Assembly: GCA_900552245.1 (NCBI GenBank)
Contig: URYY01000001.1
Coordinates: 1 to 53,538, forward strand
Length of the DNA stretch: 53,538 bases
Direction: 5' to 3'
Source: an uncultured Opitutales bacterium
Lineage (GTDB): Bacteria; Verrucomicrobiota; Verrucomicrobiia; Opitutales; Intestinicryptomonadaceae
Made by a program: the position numbers and the translations under genes. This document shows positions 28,348 through 38,330 of the stretch, piece by piece. How positions within the stretch are numbered: position 1 is the stretch's first letter; every line of letters begins with the position of its first letter. The notes beneath the pieces were generated by a model, which saw only the letters and a program-made list of their open reading frames with translations, did not search any database and was not told the DNA's origin.

Positions 28348-29745
28348 ATGGGCAAGACACTATTTGAAAAAGTTTGGTCGCGCCACGCCGTCAGGGAATT
28401 ACCTGACGGTTCGACGCAATTATTCATAGGAACCCACCTCTTGCACGAGGTCACAAGCCCGCAAGCCTTCGGAATGTTGCGCACACTCGGGCTCAAGGTG
28501 AAGTACCCGGAGCGCACCTTTGCAACTGTCGACCACATAATCCCGACAAGCGATATTTCCGAACCCTACGCCGATCCGCGCGGTTACGAAATGCTTGTGG
28601 AGCTTCGCAAAAACTGCAAGGAAAACGGGATAACGTTCTTTGATGTGACAACCGGAAAGCAGGGCGTGATACACATTGTTCACCCGGAACAGGGCATAAT
28701 ACAACCGGGCATGACAGTCGCTTGCGGAGACAGCCACACGGCGACGCACGGCGCCTTCGGCACCATAGCCTTCGGCATAGGTACAAGCCAGGTTAGAAAC
28801 GTGCTCGCAACCCAGACTTTGTCGTTTAAGAAGCTGAAGGTTCGCCGCATAAATGTAAACGGCAAGCTCTCCGACGGCGTAAGGCCCAAAGATGTAATTT
28901 TACACATAATAAGGAAGCTCGGTGTAAACGGCGGGCTTGGATACGCCTACGAATTTGGAGGGGAAGTCTTCGATAATATGAGCATGGAAGGCAGAATGAC
29001 GGTCTGCAACATGGCAATAGAAGGCGGAGCTCGCGTAGGCTACATAAATCCGGACGAGACGACTTTCAAATACCTAAAGGGCCGCCCCTACGCCCCGAGC
29101 GCAAAGGATTGGGACAAGGCGGTTGAGGAGTGGAAGAGCTTTGCCTCGGATCCCGACGCAGTTTACGACGACGTGGTGGAATTTAATGGCCAAGACATAG
29201 CCCCCACGGTAACATGGGGCGTAAATCCCTCGCAGGCGATATTTATAGACGAGAATATCCCCGATCCGGAAAATATAGCGGATCCAACTCAAAAGAAGGA
29301 CGCTATCGACGCCCTGGCCTACATGAAGCTAAAGCCGAATACGCCCATAGCCGGAACTCCTGTGAATGTCGTATTCATAGGTTCCTGCACAAATGGAAGA
29401 TTGTCCGACTTTGAAGAGGCGGCAGCCTTTGTAAAGGGCAAGCACGTTGCAGAAGGCGTAAGGGCCTTGGCTGTGCCCGGCTCTCAGATTGTCGAAAAGA
29501 TTGCGATAGAAAAAGGGCTAGACAAAATCTTTAAAGATGCGGGCTTCCAGTGGAGGCATGCGGGCTGCTCGATGTGCCTTGCGATGAATCCCGACAAGCT
29601 TGTCGGCGACGAGCTCTGCGCTTCTACGTCAAACCGCAACTTTAAGGGCAGACAAGGCAGCCCGACTGGGCGCACCATACTTATGAGCCCAATAATGGCA
29701 GCGGCTGCTGCTATTGCGGGAAAAGTTGTGGACTGCAGAAAGTAA
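28348..29745 (+). CDS. leuC: 3-isopropylmalate dehydratase large subunit
   Basis: [40 protein letters not shown] and STSNRNF.GRQG. Confidence 0.96.
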   Translation: MGKTLFEKVWSRHAVRELPDGSTQLFIGTHLLHEVTSPQAFGMLRTLGLKVKYPERTFATVDHIIPTSDISEPYADPRGYEMLVELRKNCKENGITFFDVTTGKQGVIHIVHPEQGIIQPGMTVACGDSHTATHGAFGTIAFGIGTSQVRNVLATQTLSFKKLKVRRINVNGKLSDGVRPKDVILHIIRKLGVNGGLGYAYEFGGEVFDNMSMEGRMTVCNMAIEGGARVGYINPDETTFKYLKGRPYAPSAKDWDKAVEEWKSFASDPDAVYDDVVEFNGQDIAPTVTWGVNPSQAIFIDENIPDPENIADPTQKKDAIDALAYMKLKPNTPIAGTPVNVVFIGSCTNGRLSDFEEAAAFVKGKHVAEGVRALAVPGSQIVEKIAIEKGLDKIFKDAGFQWRHAGCSMCLAMNPDKLVGDELCASTSNRNFKGRQGSPTGRTILMSPIMAAAAAIAGKVVDCRK

Positions 29746-29751
29746 ACTTGC

Positions 29752-29789
29752 GCTTAGCGCCGATATTTATCGGCGCTAAGCATTTTATT
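29752..29789 (+). terminator. Strong hairpin/terminator after leuC
   Basis: GCTTAGCGCCGAT-ATTT-ATCGGCGCTAAGC (perfect 13-bp stem) followed by ATTTTATT. Confidence 0.7.
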
Positions 29790-29846
29790 GTGCCCGAAAT
29801 TGCTAGGGTATTAACTTTTATTTTGCCAAATTAAAATTCGCCTAAG

Positions 29847-32800
29847 ATGTTTCTAAAACAGGTTGTCATAAACGGCTTTAAGAGCTTTGCGGACAAAACC
29901 GTAATGAATCTGCCCAAGGGCATTACTTGCATAGTTGGGCCAAACGGTTGCGGAAAGAGCAATATAGTTGACTCAATACGCTGGGTCTTGGGCGAACAGA
30001 GCGCAAAGGCTCTGAGAGGCGGCAAGATGCAAGACGTTATATTCCAGGGCACAGATAAGCGAAAGCCCCTTCAATTTTGCGATGTAAGCCTCCTATTTAG
30101 CGAGTGCGAGCAGCAGCTGGGCACGAATTTTAACGAGGTTGAAATCTCAAGAAAAGTTTCGCGCGACGGCGGCAGCGAGTACTTCTTAAACGGCAAGCCC
30201 GCAAGGCTTAAGGACATCCAGAGGCTCTTTATGGACACTGGTATAGGCAGGGTGTCCTACTCCTTCATGGTTCAGGGGCAGATAGACCAGATACTGTCTT
30301 CAAACCCCGGAGAGCGGCGCACTATTTTTGAAGAGGCGGCGGGAATTACAAAGTATAAAACCCAGCGCCGCGAAGCCCTGAATAAGCTTGAGCTAGTGGA
30401 CCAGAACTTAGCGCGCGTAACCGATAGAATAGAGGAAATCGGAAGGCAAATCGGCTCGCTAAAGAGGCAGGCCTCAAAGGCACTGCGCTACAAGCGCCTA
30501 AGTTACAGGCTGCGCCACTTAGACATCGCTTTAAACGCAAAAAATTACTCCGAAGAAAACGCAAAGCTTGAAACTAGCGAAGCCGAACTGCAGGAAATAA
30601 CGAGGCAACACGAAGAATTTTCAGCAGAGCTTAGGGAAAAGGAGGAGGAGCTCGCCGCACTCAGGTCGAGGCGCGCCGAGACGCTTGCAAGCTTGGAGCA
30701 AATACGGCTAGCGGCGGCTGAATTGCGCTCGCAAAAGGAGCAGGCGGAGCACGCGGCGGAGTTTTCAATTTTAAGAAAGAAGGACTTAACAGACAGAGCC
30801 TCGCAAATAGACGTAGAATTAAACTCCTTAAATCTACAGCTTGAAGCTCTTGAGGGGCGCGCGCGCGGCGATTCAGAAACACGCCAAATGCAGTTAGACT
30901 TGGTGGCCGGCAGCGACGAAACTTTCGCCCTGCAAAACGCCCAGCTTTCGGAACTTGAAAGTCTCTTAAAGGAGGCCGAGCTTGAGCTAGATAGGGCAAA
31001 GCAGGATCTGCTTGTAAGCGAGGGCAACATAACGCGCCTGCGCTCAAAATCGACATCGCTTGAGCTCGAGCTAAAGTCTTTCCAGGTGCGCCATGCGGGA
31101 ACGAGCGATTTGCTCTTTCAGGCGCGTGAGGAGCTGGAAGTTTTGGGAACTCGCCAAGAGGAGATAAATCAGGCCGCAGAGATGTCAAACGAAAGGCTAG
31201 CGGCGGCTGAAGCTGATATTTTTAGCGCGACAAAAAAGATAGACGAGACGCGCACCCGCTACCGCGATTGCCAAGTCTTAATACAAAATTGCGACCGCCA
31301 GCTCGCCGCAAAAGCTGCGAGACTCAGCTTGTTAAACGACTTTCAGAATCGAATGGAGGGCTTCTCTGACGGCGTAAAGGCGATAATGCAGGGGAAGTTA
31401 AGCGACGTAATTTCGCCCGAGCAAACGAGGGTTGTAAGCCAAAATATAGAGGTTGAAGAGCCCTGGACGCGCGCCTTTGAAACTATGATGGGCGCGGGGC
31501 TAGACGCCGTGGCGCTTGAAGATGCGGAAAAGTTGGGCGCAATAATTTCTGCAATAAGGCAAAAGGGACTCGGCAAGGCCTGCCTGCAGCTGCCGGGAGA
31601 GTCCGACTTTGACAGCACCTGCCCTCTCGATGATGGAATTTACAGGGCCTCTGATTTTGTCAAGGCAGACAGAGACGACGAAGCTCTGAAAGCCCTTGTA
31701 AATAAATTGGTTGCGGGCTGCTACTTCTGCGAGGACATCTGCGCTTTCCAAAAGTTTTTAGAGAAAAACAAGGGCTTTAAATTTGCGCTAGCCGTATCCA
31801 AAGACTGCAATCTTCTGGATAGCCGCGGCATAGTTTACATTTCAAATTTAAGCGCCTCCGACACAGAATCTAGCTTCATTTTGCGCAATAAGGAAATAAA
31901 GCGCCTAAATGAGGAAATTGCAGCCGATAACGAGCAATTAACAAGCCTAAACGAACAGGCTATGGCTATAAATTCCGAGTTGGAAATGGCGGAGCACGAG
32001 CTTGAATCGGCGCGCCAGGCAAGCTCTGAAGTCAAGCGCGAGCAGGCGTCGATAGAAGCTCAAAAGAAGGCTTTGGAGGCCTCTGCAGCATCAAAGAGAG
32101 CAGAAATAGAAAAGCATCAGGCTGCTTTGAACGAAATGGAAAATTCCCGCTTTGAAGCCCAGGGCAGGCTCGACGCCGCCCAAAAGGAGATGCAGCAGGC
32201 GGAAGATGCACTTGCGCTGGGGCGCGAGACCATAGCGCAAAACGAGGCAAAAATCGCAGAGCTTAGAATGCAAAAGGAGCAGAAGTTTTCCGCCCTATCC
32301 GGCGCGCGATTGGATCTTGCCGAAAAGAAATCAAAGCTTGAAAATTTGGAGAGGGGCCTGAGCGCAATACGCCAGCAGCAGGCCGAAACCCGCGAGCTAA
32401 TAGCAAAGAGAGAGTCCGAAAAAAGGACTATTTTAGAGCAAATACAAACTCTGGAAAGCGACTCAAAGAGCTCTGACGAGAGGGCAAAGGCAATCGCACA
32501 ACAGCTTGAGAGCGCACAAAAGCTCATAGATGAGCGCAAGCTCTTGCTGTCGGAATCGGAAAGCAAGGTTGCAGAGTTTGAAGAGTCTATGAAGAGCAAG
32601 CGTACAAGGCAGGTTACGCTTTCCGCCTCAAAAAGCGAGCTTGAAGTAAAAATTGCCACACTAAAATCGCGCCTGAGTTTTATCGTTGAAAGGATGCTCT
32701 CAGATTACGAGACGAACATAGCCTTTGTAGATTGGAAGAGGGAGCTGTGGCTTGCCGACGAAGAGTTTGAAATAAAGCTTAAGCTCGACGATTTGGAAGA

Positions 32801-33563
32801 TGGCGATTTGGACGCAAAGCCAAAGCGAAAGCGCGGCGAACCAACAGAGGAGGATTTTAAGGCTATGGACGAACTAAACTTCTCCGAATTGGAAGCCGAG
32901 GGGAAGCAGTTGCGCGAAAAGATTTCGGCAATGGGGGCCGTAAACCTCGTCGCTATCGAAGAGTATGCCGAGCTAAAGGAACGCTACGACTTCTTAAACA
33001 CTCAAAGTGAGGATTTGTGGAAGTCGAAAAATGAGCTTGTCGCCGCTATTGACGAGATAAACGGAACGAGCCAAAAGTTATTTGCCGAGACTTTCGAGCA
33101 AATAAGAAAGAATTTTGAATTTACATTTAAAAAGATATTCGGCGGAGGTGCCGCCGACTTGCGCTTAGTCGAGAGCGAAGATGTCTTGGATAGCGGCATT
33201 GAAATTGTTGCGCGCCCTCCGGGAACCGTCCTAAAGAGCCTATCTCTACTTTCCGGCGGCCAAAGGACAATGACGGCGGTGTCGCTTTTATTTGCAATAT
33301 ACATGGTAAAGCCCAGCCCCTTCTGCGTCTTGGACGAATTGGACGCGCCTTTGGACGATGCAAATATAGGTCGATATACGGATATTCTCAAAGAGTTTAC
33401 GCGCTACTCTCAATTCTTGGTAATTTCCCACAGCAAAAAGACTGTCTCTGCTGCGGATACAATTTACGGAGTTACGATGCAGGAGCGCGGAGTAACGAGG
33501 CTTATATCGATGCGCTTTAATCCGGATACAAACGACACGCAAGAGACGGATTCCGTGGCCTAA
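29847..33563 (+). CDS. smc: Chromosome segregation protein SMC
   Basis: GFKSF, Walker A GPNGCGKSN, long coiled coils with central hinge, LSGGQ signature and Walker B LDELDAPLD. Confidence 0.96.
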   Translation: MFLKQVVINGFKSFADKTVMNLPKGITCIVGPNGCGKSNIVDSIRWVLGEQSAKALRGGKMQDVIFQGTDKRKPLQFCDVSLLFSECEQQLGTNFNEVEISRKVSRDGGSEYFLNGKPARLKDIQRLFMDTGIGRVSYSFMVQGQIDQILSSNPGERRTIFEEAAGITKYKTQRREALNKLELVDQNLARVTDRIEEIGRQIGSLKRQASKALRYKRLSYRLRHLDIALNAKNYSEENAKLETSEAELQEITRQHEEFSAELREKEEELAALRSRRAETLASLEQIRLAAAELRSQKEQAEHAAEFSILRKKDLTDRASQIDVELNSLNLQLEALEGRARGDSETRQMQLDLVAGSDETFALQNAQLSELESLLKEAELELDRAKQDLLVSEGNITRLRSKSTSLELELKSFQVRHAGTSDLLFQAREELEVLGTRQEEINQAAEMSNERLAAAEADIFSATKKIDETRTRYRDCQVLIQNCDRQLAAKAARLSLLNDFQNRMEGFSDGVKAIMQGKLSDVISPEQTRVVSQNIEVEEPWTRAFETMMGAGLDAVALEDAEKLGAIISAIRQKGLGKACLQLPGESDFDSTCPLDDGIYRASDFVKADRDDEALKALVNKLVAGCYFCEDICAFQKFLEKNKGFKFALAVSKDCNLLDSRGIVYISNLSASDTESSFILRNKEIKRLNEEIAADNEQLTSLNEQAMAINSELEMAEHELESARQASSEVKREQASIEAQKKALEASAASKRAEIEKHQAALNEMENSRFEAQGRLDAAQKEMQQAEDALALGRETIAQNEAKIAELRMQKEQKFSALSGARLDLAEKKSKLENLERGLSAIRQQQAETRELIAKRESEKRTILEQIQTLESDSKSSDERAKAIAQQLESAQKLIDERKLLLSESESKVAEFEESMKSKRTRQVTLSASKSELEVKIATLKSRLSFIVERMLSDYETNIAFVDWKRELWLADEEFEIKLKLDDLEDGDLDAKPKRKRGEPTEEDFKAMDELNFSELEAEGKQLREKISAMGAVNLVAIEEYAELKERYDFLNTQSEDLWKSKNELVAAIDEINGTSQKLFAETFEQIRKNFEFTFKKIFGGGAADLRLVESEDVLDSGIEIVARPPGTVLKSLSLLSGGQRTMTAVSLLFAIYMVKPSPFCVLDELDAPLDDANIGRYTDILKEFTRYSQFLVISHSKKTVSAADTIYGVTMQERGVTRLISMRFNPDTNDTQETDSVA

Positions 33564-33585
33564 GCCCCACTTTAATTTTAATTGC

Positions 33586-33618
33586 AAGCCGCGCACTTTA
33601 ACGCGCGGTTTTTTTATT
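33586..33618 (+). terminator. Intrinsic terminator after smc
   Basis: AAGCCGCGC...GCGCGGTTT followed by a T-run. Confidence 0.75.
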
Positions 33619-34165
33619 ATTTGAAAAGCTATTACTTTTTAAATCTAAGCTTTCTTTGCCCGCCCCTACCCTACAAAAATCGCAAAAGTTCAATACTTAA
33701 ATAAGTAAAAGCTAAGGAGAAAGACATATCCATAATCTCATTGCAGATTCAAAATTTCTCGCAGAATCAGTTAGCTAAAAAATCCGGACTAGATTTGCTA
33801 AAAGTTTTAGCCTGCGGAGCCTTAATTTGTTATGGCAAAGCTTTATGCAACTTAACGACAAGTGAATCCAATTAAAAGCTATGCCTCTCAGTTTTCTATA
33901 CGAAGATTCAAACAAGAAGAAACTGCAAACATATTGAAATAATTAAAGGAGACAGAGCAAGCGCTTAAATATATTTATAAGGCTAATCAAAGCGCTAGCA
34001 CAAAAAGAATATTACAAAGACGCAAAAGAAATCCCATTCTTTTTTAATAGGTTAATTTTTTTATTCAATTTGATTTAATGACCCTTAAAATAGCAAATAA
34101 CTATTAAAAATTATATTGACCAAAAATAGGCAAGCAATAGCCTCCCTGCTTAAGATTTTTAAACT

Positions 34166-34834
34166 ATGGCAAACGATTTGGATGAATTGACTGGTCCCGT
34201 AAACTCGCAGGGTCGGGATATAAACGTAATTGAAAAGCAAATTCCCGTAAAAGTTGGCTGGGGCTCCACGCTTTTTGAAGTTATGCTTTGGATTTGCGGA
34301 ATACTGCCGGGGCTAATTTTTCTATTTATGAAAATAAGCGCCTCTAATTACTTCAAAAAATTAGAGCAGAAGATACAGGCAGATGCGTCAACTATAGACA
34401 ATTACTTGGAGCAAAGAGCGGTAATTCTAAAAAATGTGGCAGCCTTGGTCGGCAAGGCCATAGATTTAGATAAGGATGTAATGAAGACCGTTGCCGCCTA
34501 TCGCGGAGGCCGCGGCCCTGAGGCGGATTCCAAGAGAAATGAAGTATCCCAGCAAATTGACATCGCCTTTGGAAGGCTCTTTCCGCAGGTTGAGGCCTAT
34601 CCGGAGTTGAAGGCCCACGCGGCAATAGCCGATGCAATGCAGCAAAATAGCTATCTGCAAAAGGAAATAACCGCCGCGCGCTCCCTTTACAACGACTCCG
34701 TCGCGCAGTGGAATGCCGACATATTCTCTTGGCCCACAAAGATGATAGTTGCTGCAAGGGCTGGATACACAACGAGAATCCCCTTTACAACCTCTCGCAA
34801 AATTAAAGAAGAAGCCAGAGCTAGCTTTCTATGA
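34166..34834 (+). CDS. lemA: LemA-family protein
   Basis: N-terminal TM segment, IDNYLEQR, EAYPELKA and EITAARSLYNDSV..WN..I..WP. Confidence 0.88.
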   Translation: MANDLDELTGPVNSQGRDINVIEKQIPVKVGWGSTLFEVMLWICGILPGLIFLFMKISASNYFKKLEQKIQADASTIDNYLEQRAVILKNVAALVGKAIDLDKDVMKTVAAYRGGRGPEADSKRNEVSQQIDIAFGRLFPQVEAYPELKAHAAIADAMQQNSYLQKEITAARSLYNDSVAQWNADIFSWPTKMIVAARAGYTTRIPFTTSRKIKEEARASFL

Positions 34835-36516
34835 TTGAGGATGTTTACGAGCCTCTAGATCGCTACAAGTATGAGTTTGAAAGTAAATTTGTCGAGCTTG
34901 CCGAAAGCAAGTTCGACGAGCTTGTGAGGGAATCCGGAGTTGACGTAGAAAAGAATAGAAAGACTGTAGCTGAAATAAAGCAGTTAAAGTCGCGCCTTTC
35001 AAAATTATCAAGAAATAGGTCGATAAAACTTGCGCTTGTCCTCTTGTTTATAGCTGGGGCTATTGTGGGGCTTGCTTTTATAAGCGCAAATAAGCTTTTT
35101 ATACTTGGTGCAATTTTGTCCGCAATTTTTGCCTACATAAGTTATAAAAGCTACAAAAAATGCGATGAAATCTGCAATGATTTGGAACTAAAAAGCAGGT
35201 TAAAAATTTCAGAGGCGATGACGGAAACTCAGCCTCTAAATAAGCTCTACACATGGGATATGCCTGTAAAGCTCATAGAAAAATGCGTGCCGCGCCTAAA
35301 ATTTGACCCCTATTTTACCGCCGAAAGGCTGGGCGAACTCAGAAAAAATTTCGGCTGGAGCGACTCTTTTAACAGAAACAAGTCCATCCTCTTTTCGCAA
35401 TCGGGAGAAATAAACGGAAATCCCTTTGCCATTGGCGAATACTTGGAATTTCACTGGGGGCAAAAGCAGTACACAGGCTACAAGACTATATACTGGACCT
35501 CATATATACCCGATTCAAAAGGAAGAATGCGCCCCGTCACCCGCTCGCAGACGCTGAGTGCCACGATTTCAAAGCCCTATCCAGAATACGAAAGAAAGAA
35601 AGTTCTAATTTACGGCAATGAAGCCGCCCCAAACTTGAGCTTTTCGCGGGTGCCTTCGGGGCTATCCACCGCTGGAGACGGCGTATTTGCAGGTCTTAAA
35701 AAGTGGTGGACGCTTAGAAAGTTAAAATCATTCTCGCGCAATTTGAGCGATAAGTCAAACTACACACTAATGTCAAACCACGAGTTTGAGACTTTATTTG
35801 TCACAAAAGATAGAAATAACGAGGTTGAATACAGACTGCTATTTACGCCGCTTGCGCAAAGCCAGATGCTAAAACTCTTAAAAGACAATAGAAGCGGCTT
35901 TGGAGACGACTTCACTTTTATAAAGAATCGCAAGATAAATCTCATCTACGCAAAGCACCTTGACGAAACGCCCATAGACACAAATCCGGACAGATTCAAA
36001 AGCTGGGATTGCGGAGAGTCAAAGATGAACTTTATGCACTTTAATTTTAAATATTTTAAAAGCCTTTACTTTGCCTTTGCGCCGCTTCTTTCTATACCGC
36101 TTTACCAACAGAGCAAAACAAGAGATAAGATTTATGAAAGCCCCACCGAGACAAGCCCTAGTTTCTGGGAGCACGAGGCCATAGCAAATTACCTTGGCGC
36201 TTCCAACTTTGAAAGTCCGCTTTCAGACACTCAAAATATTTTAAAGACAAGACTCTTAGAGCAAAATGGCGGGATTAGCAAAGTTGAAGTCTGCGCGCAC
36301 GGCTTCAAGGGTATCCCGCGAGTGGAGTACAAGACTGTGATTGGCGGAGATCTAAGGCCGCACAGCGTGCCGATTGAATGGTTTGAATACGAGCCCGTAG
36401 AAAATAAGGGAACTATTTTTGTCGCCGAGACAAAAGAGGCGGCAGACAAATTTAAAACGGAAAATCTAAGGGAGGGCGAAACTCGCTGGCGCTCAATTTT
36501 CTCTTTTTTAGGATAA
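34831..36516 (+). CDS. MAG1210-like membrane protein (two N-terminal TM helices plus large soluble domain)
   Basis: Overlaps lemA by 4 nt. YEPL..Y, SG.INGNPF, K.YTG...I.W, KP.P.Y, AAP.LSFSR, EFE.LF...R.NEVEYRLLFTPLAQ resemble my recollection of the Mycoplasma MAG1210 family; needs HMM confirmation. Confidence 0.65.
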   Translation: MIEDVYEPLDRYKYEFESKFVELAESKFDELVRESGVDVEKNRKTVAEIKQLKSRLSKLSRNRSIKLALVLLFIAGAIVGLAFISANKLFILGAILSAIFAYISYKSYKKCDEICNDLELKSRLKISEAMTETQPLNKLYTWDMPVKLIEKCVPRLKFDPYFTAERLGELRKNFGWSDSFNRNKSILFSQSGEINGNPFAIGEYLEFHWGQKQYTGYKTIYWTSYIPDSKGRMRPVTRSQTLSATISKPYPEYERKKVLIYGNEAAPNLSFSRVPSGLSTAGDGVFAGLKKWWTLRKLKSFSRNLSDKSNYTLMSNHEFETLFVTKDRNNEVEYRLLFTPLAQSQMLKLLKDNRSGFGDDFTFIKNRKINLIYAKHLDETPIDTNPDRFKSWDCGESKMNFMHFNFKYFKSLYFAFAPLLSIPLYQQSKTRDKIYESPTETSPSFWEHEAIANYLGASNFESPLSDTQNILKTRLLEQNGGISKVEVCAHGFKGIPRVEYKTVIGGDLRPHSVPIEWFEYEPVENKGTIFVAETKEAADKFKTENLREGETRWRSIFSFLG

Positions 36517-36585
36517 TTTCATTGCCTCAATGCTCTAGCATACCCATTTCAAACTTTTATGTTTAAACTTCAAATTTAATCATGC

Positions 36586-36616
36586 AAAAAAAAAGCGCAC
36601 TTGCGTGCGCTTTTTT
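36586..36616. terminator. Bidirectional intrinsic terminator
   Basis: A9-GCGCAC-TTGC-GTGCGC-T6 between convergent genes. Confidence 0.85.
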
Positions 36617-36633
36617 ATATCGCTTGCGAAACC

Positions 36634-37752
36634 TCACAATTTCCAGTACGGAGACAGTATCTCCTTTACCTGCTCTATGACTTTGCGCTGATCGCAAGTA
36701 AGATAATTTCTGACAATGAGCCCTTCGACGGGATCCTTCACTCCGGTATTTTCACCGCTTAAAGCCTCTATCGTCTTGAGTATGCAAAAGGCCATGTAGT
36801 TGCCTTTACCGCCCTCTAAAATTGCCACTAAGCGACCATCGGCATGGCGCTCGGCTATGCTTTTAATCATTCCGTAGAGCTTGAAGTAGCCATTGGCTGT
36901 AAGTTGCTGGCGACAAAGCGGATCAAATATGTTTGCAGCATAACCCGCAACGGCAACTACAAGTTCCGGCTTATACTCATCTGCTATCGGCAAAATTATG
37001 TCTTCAAAAGCCCTTATATAAGCATCGTCGCCGGCGCCGGATGGCATGGGAATTACAACGTTATACCCCTTGCCCTTGCCGCTTCCTATCCAATCTGCAT
37101 TTCTATCGGCTCTATTATTTTCGGAAAATGCGCCAGATTGGTGTATCTCGGCATACAAGACTTCGTCGGTGTCGTACCAAGCATCTTCAATGCCTTTTTT
37201 GTAGTGGTTATCTATATCGACAAGCATTATTCGCTTTAGGCCATATTTCTTGCGCGCATTTTCGATTAAAATATTAAAGTTATTTACAACGCAAAAACCA
37301 AACCCCTTGTCGCGCTCTGCATGTCCTGCCGGAGGGCGCTGCAGGCAAAACGCATTTCTGACCTTCCCGGACATTACGCAATCAAGCGCATTTAAATCTC
37401 CGCCGGCAGCTTCCCTTATGACATCAAGCCCGCCAACTCCTATTTGGCAGAATTCCCCGACTTCGCCGCCGCCACTCTTGCTGAGCTTTTCCAGCTTGTC
37501 TATGTATTCCTTTGCGTGAAAGCCAACTAGCTTTTCCTTATCTAGCTTTGCAGATTCAATACCCACAAGCTTTTCCAAAAGCCCGGTTTTTTTTAACATT
37601 TCGTAAGCTTGTGTAACGCGCTCTGGAGTATCGTAGTAATCGCTCGTACTCATGAGCGGATTTTTGCCGGCTGTCATGCATAGATAACCGTCACCGGCTT
37701 TATATTCGGCAAAGGCCGAAGAATACATTAAACCTGTCTTACTGCTTTTCAT
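36634..37752 (-). CDS. Histone deacetylase-fold (class II/HDAH-like) amidohydrolase with atypical active site
   Basis: TPER, H..EYI, AAGG, RPPAGHA, GFCVVNN, DIDNH, IHQ, G.G.G.GYNV.IP.P.G.GD..Y, DPL and LEGG. Confidence 0.85.
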   Translation of the reverse strand: MKSSKTGLMYSSAFAEYKAGDGYLCMTAGKNPLMSTSDYYDTPERVTQAYEMLKKTGLLEKLVGIESAKLDKEKLVGFHAKEYIDKLEKLSKSGGGEVGEFCQIGVGGLDVIREAAGGDLNALDCVMSGKVRNAFCLQRPPAGHAERDKGFGFCVVNNFNILIENARKKYGLKRIMLVDIDNHYKKGIEDAWYDTDEVLYAEIHQSGAFSENNRADRNADWIGSGKGKGYNVVIPMPSGAGDDAYIRAFEDIILPIADEYKPELVVAVAGYAANIFDPLCRQQLTANGYFKLYGMIKSIAERHADGRLVAILEGGKGNYMAFCILKTIEALSGENTGVKDPVEGLIVRNYLTCDQRKVIEQVKEILSPYWKL

Positions 37753-37783
37753 GATATTTACCTTTCTTTACTGTAAAAATTTG

Positions 37784-38263
37784 CTATCTAGCGCTCTTCC
37801 GCTTGAAGCCGGATACGGCCTTGTTTAAGAACTCTGTATATTTGTGAATGAAATTTATCGCGGCACCAATTTCTGCATCGCTAAAGTCTTTAAAGAACTC
37901 TTCATTCTTCTTCTGCCATTTGCGATGAATCTTCTCATGGGCTTTAAATACGGCCATTCCACTGTCGGTGAGCTTGTAGTATATTTCCTTCTTATTTGCG
38001 CTGTTTCGGTAGGCGGATATGGCCCCGCGAGCCATGAGTTTTCTCACAAGCTTGCTGGTGCCGCCCCTAGTCATCTTGAGAGCTTTGGAAATTTTTGTAA
38101 CATTCGGATTTTCGACTCTTGCTATGGTGTCTATGCAATGCATTTCGCTTATCGTATAGTCCAATAAAATTGGATCAGCATTATCTTTAAACGCGGCATT
38201 AAAGGTGTCGAAGGTGTTGGACATGTCCGACATAACGCTGTTTAAGTCTCTTTTCAAATCCAT
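37784..38263 (-). CDS. MarR-family transcriptional regulator
   Basis: SEMHCIDTI...NVTKISKALKMTRGGTSKLVRKL...NKKEIYYKLTDSG winged helix. Confidence 0.9.
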   Translation of the reverse strand: MDLKRDLNSVMSDMSNTFDTFNAAFKDNADPILLDYTISEMHCIDTIARVENPNVTKISKALKMTRGGTSKLVRKLMARGAISAYRNSANKKEIYYKLTDSGMAVFKAHEKIHRKWQKKNEEFFKDFSDAEIGAAINFIHKYTEFLNKAVSGFKRKSAR

Positions 38264-38267
38264 AATT

Positions 38268-38330
38268 TTGTTTCCAAGTTAACAATAATTGAGACAAAAT
38301 CTTTCACATTTTGTTTCCTTGTCAACAAAA
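38268..38330 (-). promoter_or_regulatory. marR promoter with two TTGTT-N8-AACAA operators
   Basis: TTGTT-TCCAAGTT-AACAA (38268-38285) and TTTTGTT-TCCTTGTC-AACAAAA (38309-38330); the second covers a minus-strand TTGACA (38325-38320). Confidence 0.7.

Noticed and set aside
29847..33563. SMC as part of a Wadjet/MksBEF or other defence system
   Set aside because: It is a canonical housekeeping SMC in a core-gene context with no jetABD or nuclease neighbours.
33655..33675. CGCCCCTAC as a possible att copy of the tRNA-Arg 3' end (CGCTCCTAC)
   Set aside because: Too short and mismatched to distinguish from chance, and no integrase is present.
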